From Bryobacterales bacterium (GTDB taxonomy: Bacteria > Acidobacteriota > Terriglobia > Bryobacterales > UBA6623): a stretch of DNA of 64,000 nucleotides. The notes beneath the pieces are model-generated. The model was not told the origin of the DNA, ran no database searches, and saw nothing but the letters and a program-made list of their open reading frames with translations. The stretch lies in contig OZ242259.1 of the NCBI GenBank assembly GCA_965207035.1, forward strand, positions 3,769,454 through 3,833,453, given 5' to 3'. The position numbers and the translations under genes were made by a program. Within the stretch, counting starts at the first letter, position 1, and each line of letters begins with the position of its first letter. Of the stretch, positions 1 through 11,545 are shown one piece after another.

Positions 1-274
1 CCGCCGAATACAGCCTGACGCCAGCCTCGCCCACCCATGTGACCAGCGTTCCCGCCTGCGCTGCCACGGCGACAGCCCTGTGACTGATCCGTGCGCCGGG
101 CTCCAGCATCAGGCAGGCGACGCCGCCGATCGGGATATGAGTGCGCACCCCCTCGGCGTCGATGGCGACAAAGGCCCCGTCCACGAGATCGATCTGGACG
201 CGCTCGACGAAGACCAGCGCCGCCCGCTCCTTCAGCGGGATCGGCTTGGGCGGAGGCAGGCCCGGCAGTGTCAC
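1..274 (-). CDS. cas1: Cas1, subtype I-E, N-terminal 91 codons only (gene runs off the left edge)
   Basis: Hand translation of the minus strand from GTG at 274 gives VTLPGLPPPKPIPLKERAALVFVERVQIDLVDGAFVAIDAEGVRTHIPIGGVACLMLEPGARISHRAVAVAAQAGTLVTWVGEAGVRLYSA. This is colinear with the E. coli Cas1e N-terminus as I recall it (PIPLKDR..IDVIDGAFVLID..G.RTHIP.GSVACIMLEPGTR.SHAAV.LAAQ.GTL..WVGEAGVR.Y). GTGA start/stop overlap with cas6e. Confidence 0.85.
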   Translation of the reverse strand, partial: MTLPGLPPPKPIPLKERAALVFVERVQIDLVDGAFVAIDAEGVRTHIPIGGVACLMLEPGARISHRAVAVAAQAGTLVTWVGEAGVRLYSA

Positions 275-968
275 CGCGCACGCCGGATCAGCATCAGTCC
301 GCAGCCCCACGCCTTGGCCCGCCCAAGGCCGGCGCCCAAGGCAGCCAGAAACGCGCCCGGATCGGTCACTTCGATCTCCCCGCGCAGGTCAAGAATGCCG
401 AAGGTGGCTCCCTCGCGGCGGCGCCGGCCCAACTCGATCGTCGAGTAGCCTTCGACCACCGTCGAGCGCGGCGCAAACCCCTTGGCGGCTCCCTGCCGGG
501 CCATCCACGCCTCGGCCGCGGTCTGCGCCATGACACTCCGGATCTCGGCTCGCTTCGCACCGTCTGGCGCTGCCCGCATCAGGTCCATTACCAAGTCGAC
601 CCGCCGACTCTTCCCCCGCCGGTCGTCCCTCTCCATTCGGCTGACGGCAGCGCGGTCCTTGGTAGCATTCGCACGCAGGGTGAATTGCAACCGGTCGCCC
701 GCCCGCAGTTCGGGATCGAAGACCTTGGTCTCCGGAGCCTCAAACAGCTCGCTGAGTCGCGGCCGGCGCCCCGAAAGGACAAAGAAACGGTCCCGCCCGT
801 CATGCCGCCAGAGGAAGTCCCGTCGGCGGCCCTTGCCGTCGGAAAACACCGACCAGATCAGTCGGTGATGCGCGTCTGCTGCCTGGCCCGACGCGCTCGG
901 ATTCAGCAGCGGCATCAGCGTGGCCGCCGGTGCGGCCCGATTCAGCGTGAGCCGCGAAAGATACAGCG

Positions 969-972
<4 letters not shown>
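271..972 (-). CDS. cas6e: Cas6e (CasE/Cse3) pre-crRNA endoribonuclease
   Basis: ORF 271..1299 trimmed to the ATG at 972 (ATGA overlap with the cas5e stop). Starts MTLYLSRLTLN, contains FTLRANATK, and has the C-terminal G-rich loop GLGRAKAWGCGLMLI (E. coli CasE: MYLSK.., FRLRANP, GIGPAKSMGCGLLSL). Confidence 0.9.
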
Positions 973-3244
<2,272 letters not shown>

Positions 3245-3248
<4 letters not shown>

Positions 3249-4735
3249 GCTTGCCCTCTCTGTCGGGTCTGTCTCGCCGGCGTTTCCAGTCCGAGCGGAT
3301 CGAAGATCTTCTTGCCGAATGGCGGTCTGCCCGCGAATGCGGCGATCAACTTCGACCTCGCCTTGATCGCCTTCTCACGCCGCGTCTCTACCAGGTCCGC
3401 GAGCCCCGGCATGACTTCCCGGTCGAAGACCGGCAGCGCCGCGCGCCGCATGGACGCCACCCAGGTCTCCGGTGCGAAAAGGACTCCAGCCGACATCGCT
3501 TCCAGCATCTCCTCAAACGTGCTCTGGGTAGCCGCGAAGAACGCTTCCCTGGCGCGCTCCCCGCCGCCAGACTTCAGGTCTCCCTCTCCCACGCCATCGC
3601 ATACGCACCTAGCGACCGCATAGCCAGCCTGTTCCGCCGCTTCGACTGCCGCCGCAGCGTGTTCCTCGTCTGCCTCGGACAAAAGAAACACCGGCTGCTC
3701 GGACCAGAGAAAATCGAGCGGCTTCATGTTGTCCATCGCCCAGCCGGCGACGATCAGGCTGCAGTGCGCTCCGTCGATGTCGCGCAGGTACTGCAAGAGG
3801 TTCCTGGGACGCAATCCCGTCTCGCTCTGGAGGATCACTCCCCGCCAGTTCCGGTAGCCGAACCCGCCGGGTTTGGGATGACGCGGCAACGTCGCGGACT
3901 CGCTCCTGTAGTAGGGTGTCAGCGGATGCCTCCAGCCCTCGTAGTTCGTGCCCCAAGGCTGCTGGATGACCTGAGTTACCGTGTCGTCTTGGGCGACCAG
4001 CCGCAGACGGCGGGGCTGGCCAAAGAACACCTCCGGATCGGGCCTCGAAGGGCTGTCGCTCTCCGGCACGGTGATCGGAGACTTCTTGCCACCGGGCTTG
4101 GACGTTGCCGTCGGCCTCATCCAGGGCAGTGCATCCAGGTCTTCTGGCCTCAGGGGCTCTCCCCTGGGTACGTTCGCCCACACCAGCGGCCAGAGTCCTT
4201 CAGCCGCCGGCTTCACCAGCGTCACCATGGGTCCCCCGCCGCGCATCGAGGTGCGATTGCCTGCGCCTCCCGTCGGCGCGAACGCCTGCAGCGTGTACAG
4301 CGCTATCGCCGCCAGTGGCAGCGGCAGAGCGTCGTACCGCCCGCGGCGGACCATCAGATCGGAGTTCTTCTTGGCCGCATTGTTCCCCGCGCTGTCGATG
4401 AAGAGCATCCCGGGCGAGTTCCCCTTGCCGTCCAGCGGCTCCAGGTCCTGCAGGAACCGCGGGCCGTCGCCCAGCAGGTTGAATGCTGGCGCCAATGGTT
4501 GCATCGACCGGCGGAGTGCAGCCGCGTCCGGCGGGCTAACACGGTCATCGCCGCCTTGTGGAGGATGGGCTAGGTAGGTCAGCCCGACCAGCAGCTCTAG
4601 GCAGGCAAGGTTCAGGTCCGGTCGCGGCCAGTCGGGCCGCAGGACATCCGCCTCGGCTATCTGATCCGGACGCACGGTGTCACGTCCGCCTCGGCGAATG
4701 ACGGGGATCCAAGAGTCGGAGATCAAGTTCAGCAT
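3245..4735 (-). CDS. cse1: Cse1 (CasA/Cas8e) large Cascade subunit
   Basis: 496 aa. N-terminus MLNLISDSWIPVIRRGG...DLNLACLELLVGLTYLAHPP matches CasA MNLLIDNWIPVRPRNGG...MELAALALLVCIGQIIAP. First gene of the Cascade block. Confidence 0.92.
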
Positions 4736-4796
4736 GGCCGTGAAGCTCTCGTAATGCTCGACAACTGTTCCTCGCGCCCTGCTCTGGGTTCCAGTT

Positions 4797-4840
4797 ATTA
4801 TGTCATGTTATTTCCGTTTATTTTGACACACTCAAAGAGG
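4797..4840 (-). promoter_or_regulatory. AT-rich patch upstream of cse1 with an extended -10-like TGACATAAT (minus strand, 4797-4805); candidate Cascade promoter and/or terminal repeat of the adjacent IS21 relic
   Basis: Plus strand 4791-4840 reads ccagttattatgtcatgttatttccgtttattttgacacactcaaagagg, the only strongly AT-rich stretch between cas3 and cse1. It lies ~65-100 nt upstream of the cse1 ATG (4735) and contains TGTCA(4801-4805)...TGACA(4824-4828). Motif match only. Confidence 0.25.
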
Positions 4841-4894
4841 AGTCCAGAGAGAGCAGGGCTGGGAAGACGTTTCATGAGGCAGTCTCCTAGTCAG

Positions 4895-5125
4895 ACTCAC
4901 CGGCACCGGGTCGAGGTGGCGGGTGTGCATGGAGGGTCTTTCGAGAGTGGCGATGCGGCCTCGCTCGAGGATACGGTCGAGGATGGCTTCGGCAAGGTCG
5001 GGGTCGTGCAGAACGCGCCCCCAGCGCTAAAGAGGCGTCTTGGTGGTGAAGACCGTCGAGCGACGGCGGCGGTGGCGCTCATCGACGACATCGAAGAAAA
5101 CGTTGATGGTGTCGTGTCCGTGGGC
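4895..5125 (-). pseudogene. istB: IS21-family IstB helper ATPase, C-terminal relic with an in-frame stop
   Basis: Hand translation gives GHDTINVFFDVVDERHRRRRSTVFTTKTPL*RWGRVLHDPDLAEAILDRILERGRIATLERPSMHTRH. This fits the IstB C-terminal consensus (..R....S.iiTsn.p...W..vf.D..lA.AilDRllhh...i.l.G.SyR). TAG at 5027-5029. No Walker A part is present. A weaker similarity (TDLLVTATILDGW) in another frame reaches up to ~5240. Confidence 0.65.
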
Positions 5126-5487
5126 GAGACACCAGACTTCCGATCGCTATGCCGAGATCAGGATGCGGATCAAGACCGCCGTGCTTGAGAATTGCCTGCC
5201 ACCCGTCAAGGATAGTGGCTGTGACCAGGAGATCGGTAGTTGGCGCAAGACGCCGTTACTGCTCAAGTGGCTCGAGTCACTGTAGCGACATGAGGTATCA
5301 CCTGCAGCGTTGCGGCGCTCTGCCTTCTCCGCGCATCGCACCTTGAACGAGCAACAGGGCACATATCGAGGTGCGGCACATCAGTTCTGTGACCGGGCAC
5401 AGAATCGACCACCGCCAGCAAGGGATCCGTCAAACCCCTGGAAGTAGTTCGCCATGGACCGCACCGGAGTCCGGGTCCGACCACCGC

Positions 5488-6007
5488 CTAGCACGAATAC
5501 TTGAGGCGACCGCAGAAGAACGGCACCCGCGCGAGCCGACCGTTCCCAGTCCAGCGCACCCGGGCCTCGCCGAAATCGCGCTGGGTGAACTCCCCCGCGA
5601 CGCCTTCGAAACGGCAGATCCGGCGTACGGCCCGTGGTCGCAGTTCCTGTACCAGGCCGTACAAGGCAGTCCAGCCGCAGCCATACTCGGCCAAGCGCGC
5701 GCGGCGCAGCACCTCGAGGGTCTTCAGTCCGCATTGCGCCTCCAAGATGGAAGCCACCTGTTCCCGGTAGTCTCCGGTCTTCGAGGGCCGGACCACCGCT
5801 TGCCTGGCGAGCCTGCATTGGGCTTGGCGGTGCGTCCGTGCCGGCCGCTGTGTCTGTCCCAACCGCATCCGCGGAGCACGCCTCGGTTTCAGCCCGGATC
5901 CGGTGAACGGTCCGCATGGAGACCCCGGCAGTTTCCGCCACCCGGGCCTTTGGAAGGCCGGCCTTGAGTAGGGTCTCGATCTCGAAGCACTTGGTTGCAT
6001 CGTGCAC
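5488..6007 (-). pseudogene. istA: IS21-family IstA transposase, N-terminal ~170 aa only, frameshifted
   Basis: Frame of ORF 5381..6160 gives VHDATKCFEIETLLKAGLPKARVAETAGVSMRTVHRIRAE (HTH). Frame of ORF 5488..6015 gives RPSKTGDYREQVASILEAQCGLKTLEVLRRARLAEYGCGWTALYGLVQELRP...RFEGVAGEFTQRDFGEARV...FFCGRLKYSC*. That is the IstA layout up to the start of the DDE domain, after which it stops. Confidence 0.7.
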
Positions 6008-6244
6008 CGCGGCATTCTCCTTCTGAAAGGAACCTTCGGCCGGCCCCCAATCTGAAGGAGTACACGGCGGGAGTTCGAGTCTCAAGGCGTCATAGTGTGC
6101 CGGAATTCCCGGAGTATCCAGTGCTAGAGCTTTCGGACATCGCACGCAAGGCGCTCTCACCAGCCCCGATCAGCTAGGTGCCCCAAGGATCCAAGAATCA
6201 ATGCAACCGGCCAGCAGACGAAACAGGGCGCCTTGGCGACCTTA

Positions 6245-8770
6245 TTACCCCGTGAATACGATTCCCAACGCGGTATCGTAGCGCATCCCCTCGCAGATGA
6301 ACCCATCCTCCGCGACCGGTGCCACGAGAACCGACGCCCGCATCCATTCCGGCCACTTGTCCCGCACGGCCGTGATCTCGGGCCGGTCCTGGTCCACCCC
6401 CTGAAGGTTCCGGTAGCGCGCGGCCGAGACCTGCACCTCGGACGACTGCCAATCGAGTGGGCCCTCGCCGGCCCAGGGAATCAACCGCCCTCTCTCTTTC
6501 CGAGCGAGTCGCAGTGTCACTTGCGGGATACCCAGGCGGGTCGGGAACCGATCGTCGTCGAAGACCCGCTGCAGCTGTGGCTGGTCGAACCCATCCTCCG
6601 CGTCGAGCACCTGGTTGAATGCCTGCTGCGCCTCGCTCATCTGCTGCCCCAGGGTTTCAATCTCCGCTCCCATGAGCGCCTCCGGAACTTCCGGTAGGTC
6701 GCTCCCGTACACGGCCTCGATCAAGGCTCGCAAGCCGCCGGGCGCACGGATCGATCCCTTGTCGAACAACGCCTTCGCGGTACGCCACTGGATGTCCTGC
6801 GGGTAGACAAACGCGCCTGAACCAAGAATGCGCTTCAACCACTTCGCGTCCGGGACTACATTGGGGTCAGGTGCAAGCACGCGCAGAGCTGGTCCAGATA
6901 CCGGACGCCCCGTCGCCGGCCGCAGGTCCATGTGTCGCCACAGCCGACCGGCACGCTGGATCAACGACCCGATTGGGGCCAAGTCGGAAATCATCAAGTC
7001 GAAGTCTAGGTCGAGCGACGCCTCAATTACCTGCGTCGCGACCAAGACCCGCCCTGCCCTCCCGACGCCGTCCCGTCCGAAACGAGCCTGCAGATCTGCT
7101 TCGTGCCGCAGCCGGTCAACCACCGCGAACCGTGCGTGCAACAGGTCCGCGTCGCCTCCCGCCGCTCGCAACGCCAAGACCGCGGCAATCGCCCCGTCCA
7201 CCGTGTTCCGTATCCAAGCGCAGGCCGCGCCCCGGCCCGCTCCGGACTGCAACTGTGCCATTGCGGAATCTTCGTCCTCAAGGCGATGTACTCTGACATC
7301 GCGAGAGGTCGACGGAACTGGATCAGGCCGTTCGCTGTCGATTCCGAGCCCGACAACTGTCAGCATCGGGTAGGCGTCTCCAGCCACCTCGCGCGGGCGT
7401 CGGATCCGAAGGCCTTTCTGGAATGCCTTCGCGTACCCGTCACGCATTCCCAAGGGCAAGGTTGCCGTCATAACGATGGCCGAGCCGCCAAGCATGGACT
7501 GGAACTGCAGCAGACGCTGCAACTGCGCCTCCATGTAGGGTCCGAATTCGTGAGCCTCGTCGACAATCAGGATCCTCCCTGACAGCGCACGGAGCCGGAG
7601 CGTGTTGAAGCGGGTCGGCAAGACCGCCATCAGTGCCTGATCGATCGTACCGACGCCGACGTCGGCCAGCAGCACCCGTCGGCGGTCATCCGCCAGCCAG
7701 CGCCCGCAACTGGCCCCGACACCGGGATCCGTGCCGTCACGGCCTCGGATCTCGCGGAACCGCTCATTCAGGCTTGCTCTACCGTGCGTAAGCGCCAGGG
7801 ACGGACGCCCCTTAAACAGCCGCGGGGCAATGGCCTCGAGCCTTGCTAGCATCGCATTCGACGTCGCCATCGTCGGAAGGGCGAAGAAGAGTCCATCTCC
7901 CTTTCCGGCCGCCATCATGCGCGCGGCGAGGATTAGCGCTGCCTCGGTCTTGCCGGCGCCGGTCGCATCTTCGATCACGGCCAGCAGGGGACCTTCCGGC
8001 AGGTCCACGTCGCCTGCCGTCGCCTGCATCGGCCAGGGATCGGTGGTCCCGGGCAGGACTCTGGCAGCTCCGTCGCGGAGCGGCCAGGCACGGTGCAACC
8101 CGGCCTCGGAAATCGCGACTTCCGCCTTGTCAAGGGCTTGCTTCCAGTAACTGCCTACCGATATTCGGGCGTCCCCCGGCCCAAACCATTCCGGATTCGA
8201 GCCGATCCAGTCAGCTTGCACCGTGAGCCCGCAAAGCGCCCAAGACAGCCTCCTCGCTTCCGACTCGGAAATGCCATCCAGCGATGCACCCTCGAAGAGC
8301 GGAGAGATCGCGTCGATTGCCCCTTTCGCAGCACGCGACGCCTCGTCTCCGATCTGCTTGGCCTGATCCTTGTACTTGCGGCTCTCCAGAAACTCCGGCG
8401 GCCCTCCGTGATGCCCGGCCACGGCGGCATACAGAATCTTCCGCACCCCGGGAGTCGCACCGAGCACAGCGGCGAGCGAGTCGTCATGGTCCCGTAGCTG
8501 CCGGTAGCTGTGCTGCCAATGGCGGAGACCTGAATAGGGCTGGCCGAGCAGCATCGCCCGAAAGGACGAACTGTACTTGCCTAGATCGTGTAGAGTGACG
8601 AGGAACGCTGCGGCTAGGTCAGCAGGGTGGCTGCTGGTCAGAGATCGACGCGCGAGTAGACAGGTGGCTACGGCACCCACGTCCAGCATGTGCCAGAGGG
8701 TCGGGTGAGTGCGACCCTCGATCGTCTTGCCAGGCCAAGCGGTGATCAGTTCGGGCTCCATGCCAAACAT
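6245..8770 (-). CDS. cas3: Cas3 HD nuclease / SF2 helicase, type I-E
   Basis: 841 aa. HD motifs (HPTLWHMLDVG, TLHDLGK, AGHHGG), helicase motif I DATGAGKTEAA and motif II LIVDEAHEF. Sits upstream of the Cascade genes on the same strand. Confidence 0.93.
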   Translation of the reverse strand: MFGMEPELITAWPGKTIEGRTHPTLWHMLDVGAVATCLLARRSLTSSHPADLAAAFLVTLHDLGKYSSSFRAMLLGQPYSGLRHWQHSYRQLRDHDDSLAAVLGATPGVRKILYAAVAGHHGGPPEFLESRKYKDQAKQIGDEASRAAKGAIDAISPLFEGASLDGISESEARRLSWALCGLTVQADWIGSNPEWFGPGDARISVGSYWKQALDKAEVAISEAGLHRAWPLRDGAARVLPGTTDPWPMQATAGDVDLPEGPLLAVIEDATGAGKTEAALILAARMMAAGKGDGLFFALPTMATSNAMLARLEAIAPRLFKGRPSLALTHGRASLNERFREIRGRDGTDPGVGASCGRWLADDRRRVLLADVGVGTIDQALMAVLPTRFNTLRLRALSGRILIVDEAHEFGPYMEAQLQRLLQFQSMLGGSAIVMTATLPLGMRDGYAKAFQKGLRIRRPREVAGDAYPMLTVVGLGIDSERPDPVPSTSRDVRVHRLEDEDSAMAQLQSGAGRGAACAWIRNTVDGAIAAVLALRAAGGDADLLHARFAVVDRLRHEADLQARFGRDGVGRAGRVLVATQVIEASLDLDFDLMISDLAPIGSLIQRAGRLWRHMDLRPATGRPVSGPALRVLAPDPNVVPDAKWLKRILGSGAFVYPQDIQWRTAKALFDKGSIRAPGGLRALIEAVYGSDLPEVPEALMGAEIETLGQQMSEAQQAFNQVLDAEDGFDQPQLQRVFDDDRFPTRLGIPQVTLRLARKERGRLIPWAGEGPLDWQSSEVQVSAARYRNLQGVDQDRPEITAVRDKWPEWMRASVLVAPVAEDGFICEGMRYDTALGIVFTG

Positions 8771-9054
8771 TGAATCAAGTGCGCTTCGGGACCTAGAGCC
8801 AAGCCCTCATGGACTGGAGTTCCGCATGCGGGTCCCGTCCAAACAGAACAGCCCGAGTGGCCCCATTGTTAGATGTTTCCATGGCCCACTGACCTCGACA
8901 GAAATCGCAATCCACAGCGGCTCGGATACCAGTCCCGGATTGACTAGGCCGCAAGCACTTGTTCGAGCTGGCATCTTGCTTTGGGCATGTCAACCTTCAC
9001 CTTGTGCCAGATCCGACCCCACTTTGGTTCACTCTCCGTAGCCAAGCGACTTGA

Positions 9055-9291
9055 AGCTCGGGACAAGACAGAGTTGATTGTAGTCGCAAGCTCACCCTTG
9101 CGATCTCGCCCGGAATTCGGCCCAGTTCCAGACATAACACCTCGCGTATATTTCGAGTTCGGAATGATCGTGACAAGTGCGCGGTCGAAATCCTAACTGC
9201 CGACGTGTCCATGGAAGACCTCAGAACGCTTCTCGGTCATAGCAGCAGGCAGACTACACAGCGTTACTACGCGCCTCGGAACCACCCGTGA
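9055..9291 (+). pseudogene. Tyrosine recombinase (phage-type integrase) C-terminal relic
   Basis: Hand translation gives ...SRHNTSRIFRVRNDRDKCAVEILTADVSMEDLRTLLGHSSRQTTQRYYAPRNHP*. It carries the box II signature (H..R...~20 aa...LLGHSS..tT.rY). It is bounded upstream by a stop at 9052-9054, has no start codon, and lacks the N-terminal ~250 aa. Confidence 0.55.
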
Positions 9292-9358
9292 TGCAGGCGA
9301 CTCGCGAAACTCGCCAAGGCAGTCTACAAGCAGGATCCGATCCTGCTGGAATTCGCGC

Positions 9359-9399
9359 TGAAGAAAAACCCCCAAGGGCCGTTGCAGCGCCCCTTGGGG
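9359..9399 (-). terminator. Rho-independent terminator of the mqnA-mqnC operon
   Basis: 9-bp perfect stem CCCCAAGGG (9370-9378) / CCCTTGGGG (9391-9399) with a 12-nt loop. On the minus strand it is followed by GTTTTTCTTC. It lies ~68 nt after the mqnC stop (9467). Confidence 0.7.
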
Positions 9400-9466
9400 A
9401 GGCTGGCTTGGCAGCAAATTCCGCTCCCAATTCAACCCGACTCCTACCTGGTAGGACAGCATGTGA

Positions 9467-10501
9467 TTAGTTCAGAAAGTACGTGCGATACAACGTGTCG
9501 CGCTGCTTGGGGATGAACCCCGCCTCGCGAATCATCCGCCGGAGGTCTTCCTCGGTCGCGCTATAACTGGCGCCGGCCTGGCGCACGACGTTTTCCTCTA
9601 GCATGACGCTCCCCACGTCGTTACCGCCGAAGCGCAGGCCTAGCTGGCAGACCTTCAGACCCTGGGTCACCCACGAAGTCTGGACGTTCAGGATGTTCTC
9701 CAGGTAGAGGCGCGAGATCGCCAGGGTCCGCAGAAAGTCGCAGGCGGTTGCCTCCTCGGAGACCCTCCTGCCCAAGGCTGTGTTGTCGGGCTGGAACGGC
9801 CAGGGAATGAACGCGGTGAAGCCGCCGGTCTCGTCTTGCAGGCGCCGCAGGGTCTCGAGGTGCGCGACCCGGTGCTCGACCGTTTCGCCGCAGCCGAACA
9901 TCATCGTGGCCGTGGTGTTCATGCCGATCTGGTGCGCGGTACGGTGCACGTTGATCCAGTCCTGGGTCGTGCACTTGAGACGGGCGATCTTGAACCGGAC
10001 TTGGTCATCGAGGATCTCGGCCCCGGCTCCCGGCATCGAGTCCATGCCCGAGTCGCGCAAGCGGGACAGCGTGTCGTGGATTGTCAGGCCACTGACCTCA
10101 GCGATGCAGAGAATCTCCGGCGCGGAGAGGCAGTGCAACTGGACTTGGGGAAAACGCTCCTTGAGCCCACTAAACAGCGATTCGAAATATCCGATGTCAA
10201 GGTTCGGGTTCACGCCGCCCTGCATCAGGACACCAGTCCCGCCGCAATCCACGGTCTCCTGGATCTTCTCCGCGATCGTCTCGAACGGCAGCACGTAGCC
10301 CTCGTCGTGGCCCATCGGCCGATAAAACGCGCAAAAGCTGCAGTACTCGGTGCACTCGTTGGTGTGGTTGATGTTGCGGTCGATGATGTAGCTGGCGATG
10401 CCATGCGGGTGCAGCCTTGCTCGCACCGCATCGGCCTCCATGCCGATTCCGATCAGGTCGTCGCTCGCAAAGTATTCGCGGGCTTGCTGGCTCGTCATCA
10501 T
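9467..10501 (-). CDS. mqnC: Radical SAM cyclic dehypoxanthinyl futalosine synthase (MqnC-like; MqnE not excluded)
   Basis: Motifs SYIIDRNINHTNECTEYCSFCAFYR (CxxxCxxC), LMQGG, SAPEI, PGAGAEIL, ATMMFG and GGFTAFIPWPFQPDNT fit my recollection of the MqnC consensus. Adjacent to mqnA. Confidence 0.75.
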   Translation of the reverse strand: MMTSQQAREYFASDDLIGIGMEADAVRARLHPHGIASYIIDRNINHTNECTEYCSFCAFYRPMGHDEGYVLPFETIAEKIQETVDCGGTGVLMQGGVNPNLDIGYFESLFSGLKERFPQVQLHCLSAPEILCIAEVSGLTIHDTLSRLRDSGMDSMPGAGAEILDDQVRFKIARLKCTTQDWINVHRTAHQIGMNTTATMMFGCGETVEHRVAHLETLRRLQDETGGFTAFIPWPFQPDNTALGRRVSEEATACDFLRTLAISRLYLENILNVQTSWVTQGLKVCQLGLRFGGNDVGSVMLEENVVRQAGASYSATEEDLRRMIREAGFIPKQRDTLYRTYFLN

Positions 10502-10508
10502 GCGGTGG

Positions 10509-11345
10509 TCACCTCGACACTAGGGAATCGCGCAGGAAGCGGACATCCATCAGCGCGTCCGCCAAGCCAAGCTCTGCCGCCAAGCGCAGGAACACGCTCG
10601 TTGACTCGCGCTCGAGGTGCCCGAATTCGTAGCTTACGTTTCGCGTCAGGTACCTTCGCACCACGGCCGGCGCTAACCCCAATCGCGCGCTCTCGTGGTC
10701 CACGATTTCGTCAATGCGGCCCAGGCCGTAAGCCGCGGAGCCCGCCAGCGCTTCGGGGAGCCCGTCCGGGTCCGCGAGGTTCTTGACAGCCCATACCGCG
10801 AAGACCATTGGCAGTCCGGTCATGTCCTCCCATTCCGTCCCGAGGTCGTAGACGTAGACCGGCCAGTCGCGCCACTTCTCCATCGACGGGTCGATCCGCA
10901 AGGCATGGTCCCCGATGATCAGCGCTGCGTCAGCGATCTCCAGCATCTCGTCAAGCCTCGGCGGATACGGCCGCAACTGGGGTCTGATCCCGCCCTTCTG
11001 GGCGGCGACAACCTGCGCCAGCACGACGGACGTGCGCGACCCCGTGTCGGCGGCGAACGATTCGATCAACTCCAGCGGCTTCTTGGAAACGAGCAGGATG
11101 CTCCTGACACTGCCTTGGCAGGCAATCGCCGAACCGGGAACAACAACCAGATCGGGTTGTCGCGCGAGTTCGATGACCGGGACCAGCCCAACATCGGCAG
11201 CACCGCATCGCAACTGGTCGGCGCAGGCCGACGGCAAGGCAAAGCGCAAGTCGAAAAGACCCTTTTGCGGGCCGTGCGACATGCCCCAGACCAACGGTGC
11301 GGCGTTCAGATAGCTGACGGCGCAGAGACGGAGCTTGGCTACCAT
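10509..11345 (-). CDS. mqnA: Chorismate dehydratase (futalosine pathway, MqnA)
   Basis: LRLCAVSYLNAAPLVWGM...DVGLVPVIE...IIGDHAL is the VitK2-biosynthesis/MqnA pattern. 278 aa. Confidence 0.8.
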   Translation of the reverse strand: MVAKLRLCAVSYLNAAPLVWGMSHGPQKGLFDLRFALPSACADQLRCGAADVGLVPVIELARQPDLVVVPGSAIACQGSVRSILLVSKKPLELIESFAADTGSRTSVVLAQVVAAQKGGIRPQLRPYPPRLDEMLEIADAALIIGDHALRIDPSMEKWRDWPVYVYDLGTEWEDMTGLPMVFAVWAVKNLADPDGLPEALAGSAAYGLGRIDEIVDHESARLGLAPAVVRRYLTRNVSYEFGHLERESTSVFLRLAAELGLADALMDVRFLRDSLVSR

Positions 11346-11545
11346 GTCGGCAGTTCGATTGTAGCAGCGGGGCGCGCAGGAACTTGGGCCCCGCGGGGCT
11401 GCTGCCAGCTCCGTCGGCAGGGCGCGGAATCAGGCGGGAAAACGCTTTTCACTCTCCTCGGTTCAAGCGCTCCGAGGGGCAAGCCAACCGCTCCGGTAAC
11501 CTCTACTGGCGCGCCTCGCCATTCTAAGGTAAGGATTCCCTTGCA

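Larger units (their letters stand above)
4800..6010 (-). mobile_element. Decayed IS21-family element (istA N-terminal fragment plus istB C-terminal fragment, internal deletion, frameshifts)
   Basis: The two pseudogene fragments below are in the IS21 order istA->istB on the minus strand. Boundaries are approximate. The left (istA-proximal) terminal repeat was not found. Confidence 0.7.

Noticed and set aside
6069-6085. tRNA T-arm-like motif GGGAG-TTCGAGT-CTCAA just beyond the IS21 relic, considered as a possible tRNA-derived att site.
   Set aside because: Only 3 of 5 stem pairs form. There is no acceptable anticodon arm, acceptor stem or CCA context in the flanking 70 nt.
11388-11399. GCCCCGCGGGGC palindrome resembling the core of type I-E CRISPR repeats.
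   Set aside because: It is a single copy in a divergent promoter region 11 kb from the cas genes. There are no spaced repeats, so it is not an array.
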